From contig DASRDU010000081.1 in NCBI GenBank assembly GCA_035652435.1, forward strand, positions 10,511-74,510: a DNA stretch of 64,000 nt, in the 5' to 3' direction. The first letter of the stretch is position 1, and each line of letters opens with the position of its first letter. The position numbers were made by a program, and so were the translations under genes. The stretch comes from Blastocatellia bacterium. GTDB taxonomy: Bacteria; Acidobacteriota; Blastocatellia; RBC074. Shown here piece after piece: positions 1 to 11,001 of the stretch. The notes beneath the pieces are model-generated. The model saw nothing but the letters and a program-made list of their open reading frames with translations. It did no database searches and was not told the DNA's origin.

Positions 1-41
1 GCCGCGAAAGCCTCTGACCCGGAGAACCGAAGGAAACGGGC

Positions 42-1007
42 ATGCGATACCCATACTCGCGGCTGATTCTGACACTCATCCTGTTTCTCTCCATCCCCCT
101 CGTCTCTGACGCTCACCGACAGAAATCCGCCCGGCCTGATCAGCAGCCGAGCTATCTTTTCGCTTACTTCAAAAACAACGGTGAAGACGGATTGCATCTG
201 GCTTACAGCCGCGACGGCTTGAAATGGAAACCACTCAATCAGGACAAGTCGTACCTGATGCCGCAGGTCGGCAGCCAGAAGCTGATGCGTGATCCATGCA
301 TCACACAGGGGCCGGACGGGACGTTTCATCTGGTCTGGACGACGGGGTGGAGGGGGCAGGACATCGGGATCGCGCACTCGAAAGACCTGATCAACTGGTC
401 GGAGCAGAAAGCCATCCCCGTGATGGCGCACGAGCCGACGGCAATGAACTGCTGGGCGCCGGAAATCTTCTATGACCCGGATGAGAGGCGGTACCTGATC
501 TTCTGGGCCACGACTATCCCCGGGCGCTATCCCGAAACCGACGGCTCGGGTAACAACGGACTGAATCACCGCATCTACTTCGTCACCACGAAGGATTTCA
601 CTACGTACAGCAAGACGGCCCTGCTCTACGACGGTGGCTTCAACGTGATAGACGCGACCATCGTCAGGGATGCCCGCCAGTACGTCATGTTTCTCAAGGA
701 CGAGACGGCACAGCCGCCAAAGAAGAACCTGCGGATAGCAGTGAGTGACAGAGCGCAGGGGCCATACGGTGCGGCATCACCGCCTTTTACCATCAGCTGG
801 GTTGAAGGCCCGACCGCGGTCAGGATCAATAACGAATTGGTTGTTTATTACGACATGTACCGGGACGGGCGTTACGGCGCGGTCAAATCCAGAGACCTGA
901 AGAACTGGGAGGTAATTACCGATCAGCTGGATTTCCCCAAAGGTGCGAGGCACGGAACTGTGATTACAGTATCCGATGAGGTTCTGGCCAGGCTGCAAAC
1001 AACCTGA
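42..1007 (+). CDS. Secreted glycoside hydrolase family 43-like beta-propeller protein
   Basis: Signal peptide MRYPYSRLILTLILFLSIPLVSDA. GH43-type motifs: MRDPCITQGPDG, WAPEIFYD, VEGPTAV. Family assigned by motif recall. Confidence 0.75.
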   Translation: MRYPYSRLILTLILFLSIPLVSDAHRQKSARPDQQPSYLFAYFKNNGEDGLHLAYSRDGLKWKPLNQDKSYLMPQVGSQKLMRDPCITQGPDGTFHLVWTTGWRGQDIGIAHSKDLINWSEQKAIPVMAHEPTAMNCWAPEIFYDPDERRYLIFWATTIPGRYPETDGSGNNGLNHRIYFVTTKDFTTYSKTALLYDGGFNVIDATIVRDARQYVMFLKDETAQPPKKNLRIAVSDRAQGPYGAASPPFTISWVEGPTAVRINNELVVYYDMYRDGRYGAVKSRDLKNWEVITDQLDFPKGARHGTVITVSDEVLARLQTT

Positions 1008-1065
1008 GAAAGAGCAGGGAACCGGAAAGAATTTCCTCAGCAGATAAGTGCAGTCACCACTGATG

Positions 1066-1080
1066 GAAGTGATTTGTTGA

Positions 1081-1087
<7 letters not shown>
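1066..1087. terminator. Weak hairpin between convergent genes (8-bp stem GAAGTGAT/ATCACTTC, 6-nt loop)
   Basis: Read directly from the sequence. It overlaps the stop codon of the minus-strand kinase gene. There is no flanking T-run, so terminator function is doubtful. Confidence 0.25.
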
Positions 1088-2664
<1,577 letters not shown>

Positions 2665-2702
2665 AATTTGAACTTACCCCTGACACCGACGAATTATACG
2701 CC

Positions 2703-3656
2703 TCAGACAAAGCTCAGGTTGCGCTTTACGAACTCGGAATTAAAATACCTGACCGCGCGGTCACGGTCGCGCCCGATCTGCGCTTTCAACTCTTCGACGC
2801 CTGAGAACTTTCTTTCCCCGCGCAGCCGGTGCAGCATGCGCACGCGAATCGTCTGACCGTACAGGTCCCTGTCAAAATCAATCAAATGAGTCTCGACCTT
2901 TGATTCCTCGTCGCCGACCAGAGTTGGGCGCCTGCCGATATTCGTCACACTGCGGTGCCAGACGTCCCCGACCAGCGCGAGCGAGACGTACACGCCGTCG
3001 GCCGGAAGCACGCGGTTCTGGATCTCCAGATTAGCGGTCGGGAATGAAATCCGGCGCCCGGCCTTGCGGCCCTCGATGACTCTGCCCTCGACGCCGTAAG
3101 CGCGCCCGAGCATCCGGCGCGCCAGATTAGCGCGCCCGGACTTGAGCAGGCGGCGGACCATCGTCGAACTGACGCGGTGATGGCGCAGGCGGACTTCCGG
3201 CACTTCTTCGGCGCGGAAGTCGAACTGCTGACTGAGCGATTTGAGCAGCTCAATATTACCCTGCCGGTTGCGCCCGAACGCGAAGCCCTTGCCCAAATGC
3301 ACTTCGCGCGCCTCGAGGCCTTCGACGATGAAATGGCGGACAAAATCTTCGGCCGTCATCGCGGCCAGTTCCCGGTCGAAGTTCAAGACGATGACCTGCT
3401 GAATGCCGAGCGATTTCAGACCCTCCATCTTCTGATGGAAGGTTTGCAGCAGTGGCGGCGCGGTTTCGGGCTTCAGCACCTGCCGCGGGTGCGGGTCGAA
3501 GGTGATCAGCGTGGGCGTCGCGTCAACAAGCAGCGCGCGTTCGACCACCGTGCGCACGATCTCCTGATGGCCGAGGTGCAGGCCGTCAAACACGCCGAGC
3601 GTCAGCACCGTCGGGCGGCGAATCCGGGCGTCATCTGTGCCGTGAAAAATGTTCAT
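2703..3656 (-). CDS. ribF: Bifunctional riboflavin kinase / FMN adenylyltransferase
   Basis: N-terminal [11 protein letters not shown] nucleotidyltransferase motif. C-terminal riboflavin kinase motifs [29 protein letters not shown]. Confidence 0.93.
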   Translation of the reverse strand: MNIFHGTDDARIRRPTVLTLGVFDGLHLGHQEIVRTVVERALLVDATPTLITFDPHPRQVLKPETAPPLLQTFHQKMEGLKSLGIQQVIVLNFDRELAAMTAEDFVRHFIVEGLEAREVHLGKGFAFGRNRQGNIELLKSLSQQFDFRAEEVPEVRLRHHRVSSTMVRRLLKSGRANLARRMLGRAYGVEGRVIEGRKAGRRISFPTANLEIQNRVLPADGVYVSLALVGDVWHRSVTNIGRRPTLVGDEESKVETHLIDFDRDLYGQTIRVRMLHRLRGERKFSGVEELKAQIGRDRDRAVRYFNSEFVKRNLSFV

Positions 3657-4444
3657 CGTCCGGCCTGCTCCGTCTCCGGCAACTCGATCTCCAGTTCATC
3701 ATAAGCCAGCTCTGTCCCATGAGGCAGATGCTGATTTACTTCCTTGTGTCTGATGTCATGCCCGATGTGCGTGAGGAGCGCGCGGCGCGGTTGCAGTTCG
3801 GCGATGTAGGCGAGCGATTGTTCCAGATGCAGGTGGGTCGGGTGCGGCTTGAGGCGCAGGGCGTCGAGGATCAGCAGGTCGAGCCCGCGCAGCTTCTCCA
3901 GTGATTCGTCCGGGATCGCGTTGCAATCGGTGACGAACGCGACCTCATGTTGCCCGTCGCCGAAGCGGAAGGCGGTGACTTCGCTTCGGCCGTGGATGAC
4001 CGGGATCGGGGTGACGCGCAGGCCGCAGACTTCAAACTCGCCGTCAATCACATGGGGTTCAAGCTGCGGCAACCCGCCCCCGACGTGCTTCGCCTCGAAG
4101 ATGTAATAAAAAACGCGGCGCATCTGCTCCCACGTGCTTTCGCTCGCGTAAACGTCGAGCGGGCCGTGCCGGAAGTTGAGCGGGCGGACGTCGTCGAGGC
4201 CGAAGACGTGATCCGCGTGGCAGTGCGTGATGAGCAGCGCGTCGAGCCGCGTAACCCCGGCGCGCAACGCCTGCTGGCGGAAGTCGGTCGAAACGTCCAC
4301 GATGATCCGCCGCTCGCCGTGTTCGATCAGGAGTCCGGTCCGCAGCCGCCGGTCGCGCGGGTCTTCCGACCGGCACGTTGTACACTCGCAGCCGATCATC
4401 GGTACGCCGACTGAAGTCCCGGTTCCGAGAAAGGTAATCTTCAT
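3653..4444 (-). CDS. MBL-fold metallo-hydrolase (PhnP-like)
   Basis: HxHxDH motif (ITHCHADH) and N-terminus [11 protein letters not shown]. The ORF track opens at a TTG at 4495; the first ATG is at 4444. There is a 4-nt ATGA-type overlap with the ribF start. Confidence 0.85.
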   Translation of the reverse strand: MKITFLGTGTSVGVPMIGCECTTCRSEDPRDRRLRTGLLIEHGERRIIVDVSTDFRQQALRAGVTRLDALLITHCHADHVFGLDDVRPLNFRHGPLDVYASESTWEQMRRVFYYIFEAKHVGGGLPQLEPHVIDGEFEVCGLRVTPIPVIHGRSEVTAFRFGDGQHEVAFVTDCNAIPDESLEKLRGLDLLILDALRLKPHPTHLHLEQSLAYIAELQPRRALLTHIGHDIRHKEVNQHLPHGTELAYDELEIELPETEQAGR

Positions 4445-4534
4445 AAAGCAGGGGTCAGGAGCTGGTCGGGAGGGGCCGGTGATCTCGCCTTTCAAATTCT
4501 CAAATCACGGATTTCGGCCCTGGATCTGACGCGC

Positions 4535-5008
4535 TTACCTGCGCACTCCCGGCGCCCGGTTACTGAGCGCGACGTACTGCATTTGCAGGTCGCCGAGCAA
4601 CCCTTCGAAGAACTGATCCTCCTCGCGCGTGAGGTTGCCTTTGGTCTTGCTGCGCAGCAGCAGGAGCATGTCAATTGACTGTCTGGCGGCGGGCAGGTTG
4701 ACCTGACGCGTGCCGGTCGCGGGATGCTCCATCATTCCCAGGTAGATGAAACCCGATGAGGCGATCTGCATGAGGAACTCCATGAACTCGTTCATTTCGG
4801 GCATCTCGCCGTCCATCTGTTCGTCGTATTCCGGCGCGGGCGCGGCCTGTGGCTGGGCGGCGGCGCCTGAGGCCTGCGCGGGGGGGGCCTCGGGCGTGGA
4901 AGTGGCGGGGGGCGCTTCGGGCTGGATCGCGTCCTCGCGCAGCGATCCGTCGGGATTGAACATGCGGCGGTCAATGACTTTTATTTCAACGTCCTTGTTC
5001 TCTTCCAT
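4535..5008 (-). CDS. DUF1844 domain protein
   Basis: VIDRRMF N-terminus, Pro/Ala-rich linker and C-terminal LLLLRSKTKGNLTREEDQFFEGLLGDLQMQYV, typical of DUF1844. Confidence 0.8.
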   Translation of the reverse strand: MEENKDVEIKVIDRRMFNPDGSLREDAIQPEAPPATSTPEAPPAQASGAAAQPQAAPAPEYDEQMDGEMPEMNEFMEFLMQIASSGFIYLGMMEHPATGTRQVNLPAARQSIDMLLLLRSKTKGNLTREEDQFFEGLLGDLQMQYVALSNRAPGVRR

Positions 5009-5134
5009 AAAGTTGACTGGCTCCCAGGGTGAATGTGTGGATGAATCGGGATATTAGCATCGCGCCGAAGACCGGGACAAGAAGGGCGGGCCGCCGGGCG
5101 CGCCCGGCGGATGCGGTCGTTTTGAACAAAGTTG

Positions 5135-5163
5135 TTGACAAGCTTATATACTGTCCCTAGAAT
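5135..5163 (+). promoter_or_regulatory. Near-consensus sigma70-type promoter TTGACA-17 nt-TAGAAT
   Basis: TTGACA at 5135-5140, a 17-nt spacer, then TAGAAT at 5158-5163. Lies in the 581-bp divergent intergenic region, about 425 nt upstream of the MCP start. Confidence 0.5.
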
Positions 5164-5444
5164 CCCGCCCGGAATCAGGTGTCAGGATACCCACCTGCGC
5201 TGTGCAGCCCTTCCAGCAGGATCTGATTTCAACTCCCGTCAATAACTTGCTCCAGTCTGAACAATCCACTTCGACAAAAACAGCGCCTCGGTAAATAACG
5301 ACAGGAGAGAAGTATCACTTACCTCCAGCATGCAGTCGCCAGGCCCGTGAAAGATGCCGGGAATCGTTCGGGTCATTTCCCGGCCGAGAGTGCCAGTTCC
5401 GGCCTGCCCGGGTTCTTCAGGCTGCCCCCTCAACACACAGGCAG

Positions 5445-5476
5445 CCCGCGTTGACAACGCCCCGCGTTGACAACGC
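5445..5476. promoter_or_regulatory. Perfect tandem 16-bp duplication CCCGCGTTGACAACGC x2, each with the palindromic core GCGTTGaCAACGC
   Basis: Read directly. The palindromes are at 5448-5460 and 5464-5476, about 115 bp upstream of the MCP ATG. Operator candidate. Confidence 0.45.
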
Positions 5477-5589
5477 AGACTGCCGGGCCATCCGCATCAC
5501 AGGCGACCTGAAGCCGGTCGCGGAAGATTCCTGCTTCTGCATGAAAACAGTCCGATCGTGAGATCTGTCAGGAGTGCGAACCGCAAGCT

Positions 5590-8500
5590 ATGAGCAATTC
5601 TCTGAACTCAACCGCCGCCAGTCAGCCCCCCACGGCCAACAGCCGCTTCGACCTGCTCGTGATGCTCGGGCGGGCGGGCATCCGGACGCTCAAGATGAAG
5701 CTGTTTCTGGTCATCCTCGGGCTGACCGGGCTCTCCATTCTGATCACCTGTCTGGCCGCGCTGTTAGGCTTCAACAAGGCGATTGAGACGGGCGCGGGCC
5801 TGCGTTACGTGGCCGGCTCGAATGCGGAGACCGCCGACCTGCTGATCGCCGAAAACATCCGCTTCGTGCGGACGATTGCCAACGACGAGGTGATCGTCGC
5901 CGCCGCCGAGCGCAGTGCGGTCGAGGCGGAAAAGGCGGGCATCAATCACATCCCTGACGAGACGGAAATCCGCGATCTGGAAGAGCGTTATAAGGCCAGC
6001 CGGGCCCTCAGCACGAACGAGGCCGTCAACGATTTCCTGCGCGACAAGCGCAGCTTCAAAGGCGTCTACGACCGCCTTTTCTTCACCAACCGCTACGGGC
6101 TCAATGTCGGCATGACCTCGATGCCCGAAGACTTCGTACAGAGCGACGAGGGCTGGTGGCAGGAAGCGATGAAGAAGGGCTGGTCCCTCAGCGACGTGAA
6201 ATTCGACCCGCAGACCAAAGCCTTCAGCCTCGAAATCAACATCGCGATCCCGTCGCCGAAAGGCGGCTACAACGGCGTGCTGAAGGCCAAATACAATCTC
6301 CAGGACGTCCAGGATTTCATCGGCAGGTTCCGGCAATATCAGTCGGGTTATGCCTTCGCCGTGAACCGGCAGGGGCAGGTCGTGCTGCACCCCGACGCCG
6401 GGCTGCGCAACCTCGGCATCGGCGAGGCGCTCACGCGACTCGGCTACAGCGAGGCGAAAAACATCGAGTCGCAACTCACCAGCGTCGCCAGCCGGCAGCA
6501 CGACCAGCAGGGCGGGACGATTTACAGCGAGGGGATTAACGGCAAGACCCACCAGGCCGAAGAGCGCATCCTGTCTTTCGAGGTGTCGAAGGGCTTCAGC
6601 GACAAGAGCATTGACTTCCCCGGCTTCGGCTGGGTCTTCGTCGTTGACAACAGCAAGGCCGAAGTCACGGCGCCGGCCAGCCGGATGATCTGGATCATCG
6701 GCGCGATCGGCCTCGCGTCGGCACTGCTGTTCGGGGGGCTGGCCTTCCTGTTCGCCCGCGGGGTCTCGGGCAAGATCGAAAATTTCCTCTCCGTGACCGA
6801 GCAGGTCAGCGCCGGCAGGATGGACGCACAGGTGCGCATCTCGACCGGCGATGAGCTGGAGACGCTCGCCGGGCGCTTCAACACGATGGTCTGGCACCTG
6901 GTGGAATCGGCGCGCGCCGAGAAAGAGCAGCGCGAGGCGATCCGCCAGAGCGAGGCGCGCTACCGCGACATCCTCTCGAGTGTCGAAGACGGGTATTACG
7001 AAGTTGACCTTGCCGACTCGCTGGTCTTCTTCAACGACTCCTTCCTCCGGATCAGCGGGTACTCAGGCGCCGAACTTAAAGGGCTGAAATTCTCCGAGCT
7101 GGCCATCCCCGAGACTTGGGACGGTGTGCGGGAGGCGATGAAAGAGACCCGGCGCACCGGGACTCCCAATCCGAGGGTGGAGTATCAGGTCATGAGGAAG
7201 GATGGGGCGATCCGCTCCATCGAGATTTCGATTGCCCTCATCCGGGACGAACAGGATCAGCCGAAAGGATTCCGCGGCGTCTTCCGCGACGTCACTGACC
7301 GCCTTGAAGCGGAAGCGGAAGTCCGCCGGAACTGGGAGTTCCTGGCGCAGATCCTCAATTCACTCAGGGAGCCGATTTTCGTCAAAAACGAGAAGCACCA
7401 GTGGATCCTCTTGAACGAGGCGTTCTGCGCGCTGGTCGGCCGTACTAAGAAGGAGTTGATGGGCAAAACGGATTACGACTTCTTCCCGAAGGAACAGGCT
7501 GACATCTTCTGGGAGAAGGATAACAAGGTCTTCACCACCGGGGTCAGCGATGAGAATGAAGAGAGCAACACGGATGCTTTCGGCGTCACGCGCACTGTGA
7601 TCACGAGGAAGGCGCTCCTCACGGATTCTTCCGGCCAGCGGGTGCTGGTGGGCGTGATCCGCGACATCACTTCGGACAAGCAGGCAGAGACCGCGCTCCG
7701 CACCAGCCGTGAATTCCTCGAAAACGTGATTGACGCCATGACCGACCCGATTCTGGTCAAGGACGATCAGCTCCGGCTGGTGCTGGTCAACGACGCCGCC
7801 TGCCGGCTCGATGGGAATCCGAAGGAGAAACTGATCGGCAAGACGCTCTACGACCGGAAGTCGAAGGAGGAGGCCGACAAGGGGACGGCCGACGACATGG
7901 AATTCCTCACCACCGGGCGCGGCGCCGAGTTCGAGGAGACGAAATTCAGCCCCGACGGCGAGATGCGCCACATGATCACCCGGAAATCGAGCTTCACGGA
8001 CTCTTCGGGGAAGAGGTTCCTCGTCATCACCCTGCGCGACAACACCGCGCGCAAGCAGGCCGAAGAGGCCGTGCGCCGCAACGAAAACCGCCTGCACCGG
8101 ATCGTCGAATCGCTCGACGAGGTGGCCGTGGAAATTGACTCGAACGGCACCTACGTCAACATCTGGACGAACAACACCCTGCTGCTCGGGCGGCCCCGCG
8201 AGGAGATGCTCGGCCGGCGGATTGATGAACTCAACAGCGCGGAAGCCGCCGCGCACCAGATGGCCGTGATCAGGCGGGTGCTGGAGACCGGGAAGGCCGC
8301 GACGGATGAATACCCGAACAACACCGGGCGCTGGATTATGTCCCGCGTCTCGGCGATCCCGGCGGCCGACGGCGTCTCGCAGAACGTCTGCCTGCTGGGC
8401 CGCGACATCACCGAGCGGCGCGAGGCCGAAGAGGCTCTGCAACACAACCTCGCCGCCTTCCTCGAAGCCGCCTCCGCCGTCTCCGAAGGCGACCTGACGC

Positions 8501-9534
8501 GCCGTGCCAAAGAGGGCGAGGACGTACTGGGTCTGGCGACAAAGGCGGTCAACGTCATGCTCGACAACTTCAGCACCATGCTGGCCGAGGTCAGGCAGAT
8601 CGGACTGTCGGTTTCGAGCAGCGCCACGCAGATTCAGGCCGCCTCCGAGCAGATCGCCACCGGCTCGCAGCGCCAGGCCGATGAGATCACCAACACCTCG
8701 AGCGCCGTCGAAGAGATGGCCGCCTCGATGAAGCAGGTCTCGAAGAACTCCGAGGCCTCGGCCGACGCCGCCCGGCGCGCGTTGCAGATGGCCGAGAACG
8801 GCGACCGCTCGATGCGCCTGACGACCGAGGCGATGAGCCGCATTGAATCGGCGGTTCAGAAGACTTCTGAAAAAATGCGGGTCCTCGGGACGCGCAGTTC
8901 TGAGATCTCGGAGATCATTGACCTGATCAACGAGATCGCGGCGCAGACCAACCTGCTCGCGCTCAACGCCGCGATCGAGGCCGCGCACGCCGGGCAGGCG
9001 GGCCTCGGCTTCAGCGTCGTCGCCGACGAAATCCGCAAGCTCGCCGAGCGGTCGTCGCGCGCCACGAAGGACGTCGGCAACCTGATCAAATCCGTGCAGA
9101 ACGAGATCACCGAAACCGTCGCCGCGATGGAGACCGGCGCGAATGAAGTGCAGGGCGGGACGCGCGTGGCGCAGGAGGCGGGGCAGGCGCTGCAGGAGAT
9201 TTCGAGCGCCGTCCGCCAGTCGGCCGAGCTGATCGAGGAGATTTCGGCGGCTTCGGAAGAGCAGGCCACGATCACCGTCAACCTGGCCGAGGCGATGCAG
9301 ATCATTTCGGGCATCACCATCGAAACCTCGGCGGGCGCGCACGAGACGGCGCAGACGCTCCAGGGAATGGTCGGGCTGTCGGAGCAGCTCAACAAGGCCA
9401 TCTCCCAGTTCAAGGTGAACTCCGAGCCGCCGTCGGCGTCGTTCAGGGTTTCAGCGTCTTCGATCAATCCCGGGCAGTTGCGGGGGACGCGGGAACTGAC
9501 CGGGTATCTCCCCCAGTCTGACCGCCGGGCCTGA
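5590..9534 (+). CDS. Methyl-accepting chemotaxis protein: TM, Cache-like ectodomain, TM, HAMP, 4x PAS, HAMP-like, MA signalling domain
   Basis: Two TM segments (LFLVILGLTGLSILITCLAALLGF and MIWIIGAIGLASALLFGGLAFLFA). HAMP motif DELETLAGRFNTM. MCP hairpin tip EIAAQTNLLALNAAIEAAHAGQAGLGFSVVADEIRKLAERS. An alternative start at an internal Met is possible. Confidence 0.92.
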   Translation: MSNSLNSTAASQPPTANSRFDLLVMLGRAGIRTLKMKLFLVILGLTGLSILITCLAALLGFNKAIETGAGLRYVAGSNAETADLLIAENIRFVRTIANDEVIVAAAERSAVEAEKAGINHIPDETEIRDLEERYKASRALSTNEAVNDFLRDKRSFKGVYDRLFFTNRYGLNVGMTSMPEDFVQSDEGWWQEAMKKGWSLSDVKFDPQTKAFSLEINIAIPSPKGGYNGVLKAKYNLQDVQDFIGRFRQYQSGYAFAVNRQGQVVLHPDAGLRNLGIGEALTRLGYSEAKNIESQLTSVASRQHDQQGGTIYSEGINGKTHQAEERILSFEVSKGFSDKSIDFPGFGWVFVVDNSKAEVTAPASRMIWIIGAIGLASALLFGGLAFLFARGVSGKIENFLSVTEQVSAGRMDAQVRISTGDELETLAGRFNTMVWHLVESARAEKEQREAIRQSEARYRDILSSVEDGYYEVDLADSLVFFNDSFLRISGYSGAELKGLKFSELAIPETWDGVREAMKETRRTGTPNPRVEYQVMRKDGAIRSIEISIALIRDEQDQPKGFRGVFRDVTDRLEAEAEVRRNWEFLAQILNSLREPIFVKNEKHQWILLNEAFCALVGRTKKELMGKTDYDFFPKEQADIFWEKDNKVFTTGVSDENEESNTDAFGVTRTVITRKALLTDSSGQRVLVGVIRDITSDKQAETALRTSREFLENVIDAMTDPILVKDDQLRLVLVNDAACRLDGNPKEKLIGKTLYDRKSKEEADKGTADDMEFLTTGRGAEFEETKFSPDGEMRHMITRKSSFTDSSGKRFLVITLRDNTARKQAEEAVRRNENRLHRIVESLDEVAVEIDSNGTYVNIWTNNTLLLGRPREEMLGRRIDELNSAEAAAHQMAVIRRVLETGKAATDEYPNNTGRWIMSRVSAIPAADGVSQNVCLLGRDITERREAEEALQHNLAAFLEAASAVSEGDLTRRAKEGEDVLGLATKAVNVMLDNFSTMLAEVRQIGLSVSSSATQIQAASEQIATGSQRQADEITNTSSAVEEMAASMKQVSKNSEASADAARRALQMAENGDRSMRLTTEAMSRIESAVQKTSEKMRVLGTRSSEISEIIDLINEIAAQTNLLALNAAIEAAHAGQAGLGFSVVADEIRKLAERSSRATKDVGNLIKSVQNEITETVAAMETGANEVQGGTRVAQEAGQALQEISSAVRQSAELIEEISAASEEQATITVNLAEAMQIISGITIETSAGAHETAQTLQGMVGLSEQLNKAISQFKVNSEPPSASFRVSASSINPGQLRGTRELTGYLPQSDRRA
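6940..8445 (+). other. Array of four consecutive PAS domains inside the MCP
   Basis: Four ~120-aa units, each ending in a ...RD(V/I)T(D/S/E)R... plus coiled linker (RDVTDRLEAE, RDITSDKQAE, RDNTARKQAE, RDITERREAE). Coordinates are approximate. Confidence 0.75.
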
Positions 9535-9578
9535 GTAGTGACCGATTCTTTACCGGGAGAGCGGAAGAAGGACGAGCT

Positions 9579-10082
9579 ATGAGACGACAAGTGATTGTCT
9601 TCAAAGTCGGTGACGGGGAGTTCGCCGTCGACATCATGGCGATCAGGGAGGTCAAGCTGATGCAGGAGATCACGCCCGTCCCCGAGACCCCCGAATACGT
9701 CGAGGGCGTGCTGAACCTGAGGGGCAGTCTCGTCCCGGTTCTCGACCTGCGCAAAAGGATGCGGGCCGGGCGCCGGGCCGTGACCGACCAGACCAGAATC
9801 ATCATCGCCCGGCCGGATGACAAACTGGTCGGGCTGATCGTGGATCACGCGTCGGATTTCATCCGCGTCAATGACGAGGAGGTTGACCGGGCCCCGGAGA
9901 TGCTCTCCGAGATCGGCGCGACTTACGTGACCGGGGTGATCAGGCGGGACCATCGGGTGATCGCGCTGATAGATTTGAAAAAGGCGCTCGGCGAAGCGGT
10001 CTTCGACGAACTGGATGGAGTGATCGAGGCGCTGGCACAAACTGCGGCGGGGGTGATTCCGATGCAGGCTGCCCAGAGGTGA
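9579..10082 (+). CDS. cheW: Chemotaxis coupling protein CheW
   Basis: VFKVGDGEFAVDIMAIREV ... LNLRGSLVPVLDLR ... GLIVD, a CheW-like fold pattern. Confidence 0.92.
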   Translation: MRRQVIVFKVGDGEFAVDIMAIREVKLMQEITPVPETPEYVEGVLNLRGSLVPVLDLRKRMRAGRRAVTDQTRIIIARPDDKLVGLIVDHASDFIRVNDEEVDRAPEMLSEIGATYVTGVIRRDHRVIALIDLKKALGEAVFDELDGVIEALAQTAAGVIPMQAAQR

Positions 10083-10086
10083 TTGT

Positions 10087-10962
10087 ATGAGAGAGTCAGG
10101 ATCAGGTCTTGTTATTCACGCCGGCCCGGGTGCGGGTCAGCTTTCCGAGAGCGAACACCAGCTCTTCAGCGAGCTGATTTATCAAACCTGCGGCATCAGC
10201 TTCGGCAGCGAGAAGAAGACTTTTCTGGAAGCGCGCCTGCGCAAGCGCATGGAGCAGGTCGGCCTGGGCAGCATGGCCGAATATTACCAGCTCGTCAAAA
10301 GCGCCCGGGGCAAGGCCGACGAGATGTACCACCTGCTCGACGCGCTGCTGATCGGCGAGACCTCGTTCTTCCGCAACCCCCCGCAATTCGACCTGTTCAG
10401 CAACGTGGTGCTGCCGGAACTCATCGCCCACAAGGAGAAGCACGGCATCCGCAGCCTCCGCGTCTGGAGCGCCGGCTGCTCGACCGGTCAGGAGCCTTAC
10501 ACCATCGCGATGGCCATCCTCGAAGCGTTCCCGCAGGTGGCCGACTGGCCACTGTTCCGGATCTACGCCTCGGACCTCTCCTTCACGTCGCTCGAACGCG
10601 CCCAGCGTGGCCATTACAGGCCGGAGCAGATGAAGGGCGTCGGCGAGAGCTGTGTGCGGAAGTATTTTCACGAGGAGCATGACCACTACGCGGTCAATGA
10701 CGCCGTCAAGCGGCACGTCGTCTTCGACTATCACAACCTCAAGCACGACAACGGGCTGCTCGCCCTGGACGTGATCTTCTGCCGCAACGTGATGATCTAT
10801 TACTCCCGCGAAGAGCAGCAGCGGCTGGTCAACCGCTTCGCCGACTGTCTGCTGACGGGGGGCTGGCTCTTCATCGGGCACGCGGAAAGCCTCCAGGGGA
10901 TTTCCGACCGCTTCACGATGGTGCATCAGAACAAGGGCATCGCCTGGCGACTCGACAAGTGA
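10087..10962 (+). CDS. cheR: Chemotaxis protein methyltransferase CheR
   Basis: ETSFFRNP and the SAM-binding motif RVWSAGCSTGQEPYTIAM; also IFCRNVMIYY. Confidence 0.93.
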   Translation: MRESGSGLVIHAGPGAGQLSESEHQLFSELIYQTCGISFGSEKKTFLEARLRKRMEQVGLGSMAEYYQLVKSARGKADEMYHLLDALLIGETSFFRNPPQFDLFSNVVLPELIAHKEKHGIRSLRVWSAGCSTGQEPYTIAMAILEAFPQVADWPLFRIYASDLSFTSLERAQRGHYRPEQMKGVGESCVRKYFHEEHDHYAVNDAVKRHVVFDYHNLKHDNGLLALDVIFCRNVMIYYSREEQQRLVNRFADCLLTGGWLFIGHAESLQGISDRFTMVHQNKGIAWRLDK

Positions 10963-11001
10963 GGCGCCCGCGGGTGAGGGCGTCGGGTAATTGCTACTGC
11001 T

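Noticed and set aside
5239-5457. 72-aa minus-strand ORF in the DUF1844/MCP intergenic region.
   Set aside because: It has no RBS, no recognisable motif and unremarkable composition. It is more likely non-coding leader or promoter DNA (see the promoter and tandem-palindrome findings).
7360-9342. 660-aa minus-strand ORF antisense to the MCP gene. Similar cases: 5764-6897, 8856-10040, 10102-11214, 14457-15950.
   Set aside because: Their composition is dominated by Arg, Gly, Asp, His, Leu and Pro, as expected for the antisense frame of high-GC genes. They have no motifs, and each lies fully within a gene that has strong family signatures on the other strand.
10083-10682. 199-aa ORF starting 4 nt before cheR in another frame.
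   Set aside because: The overlapping frame at 10087 encodes an unmistakable CheR (RVWSAGCSTGQEPYT). The alternative frame is Arg/Pro/Gly-rich with no motif.
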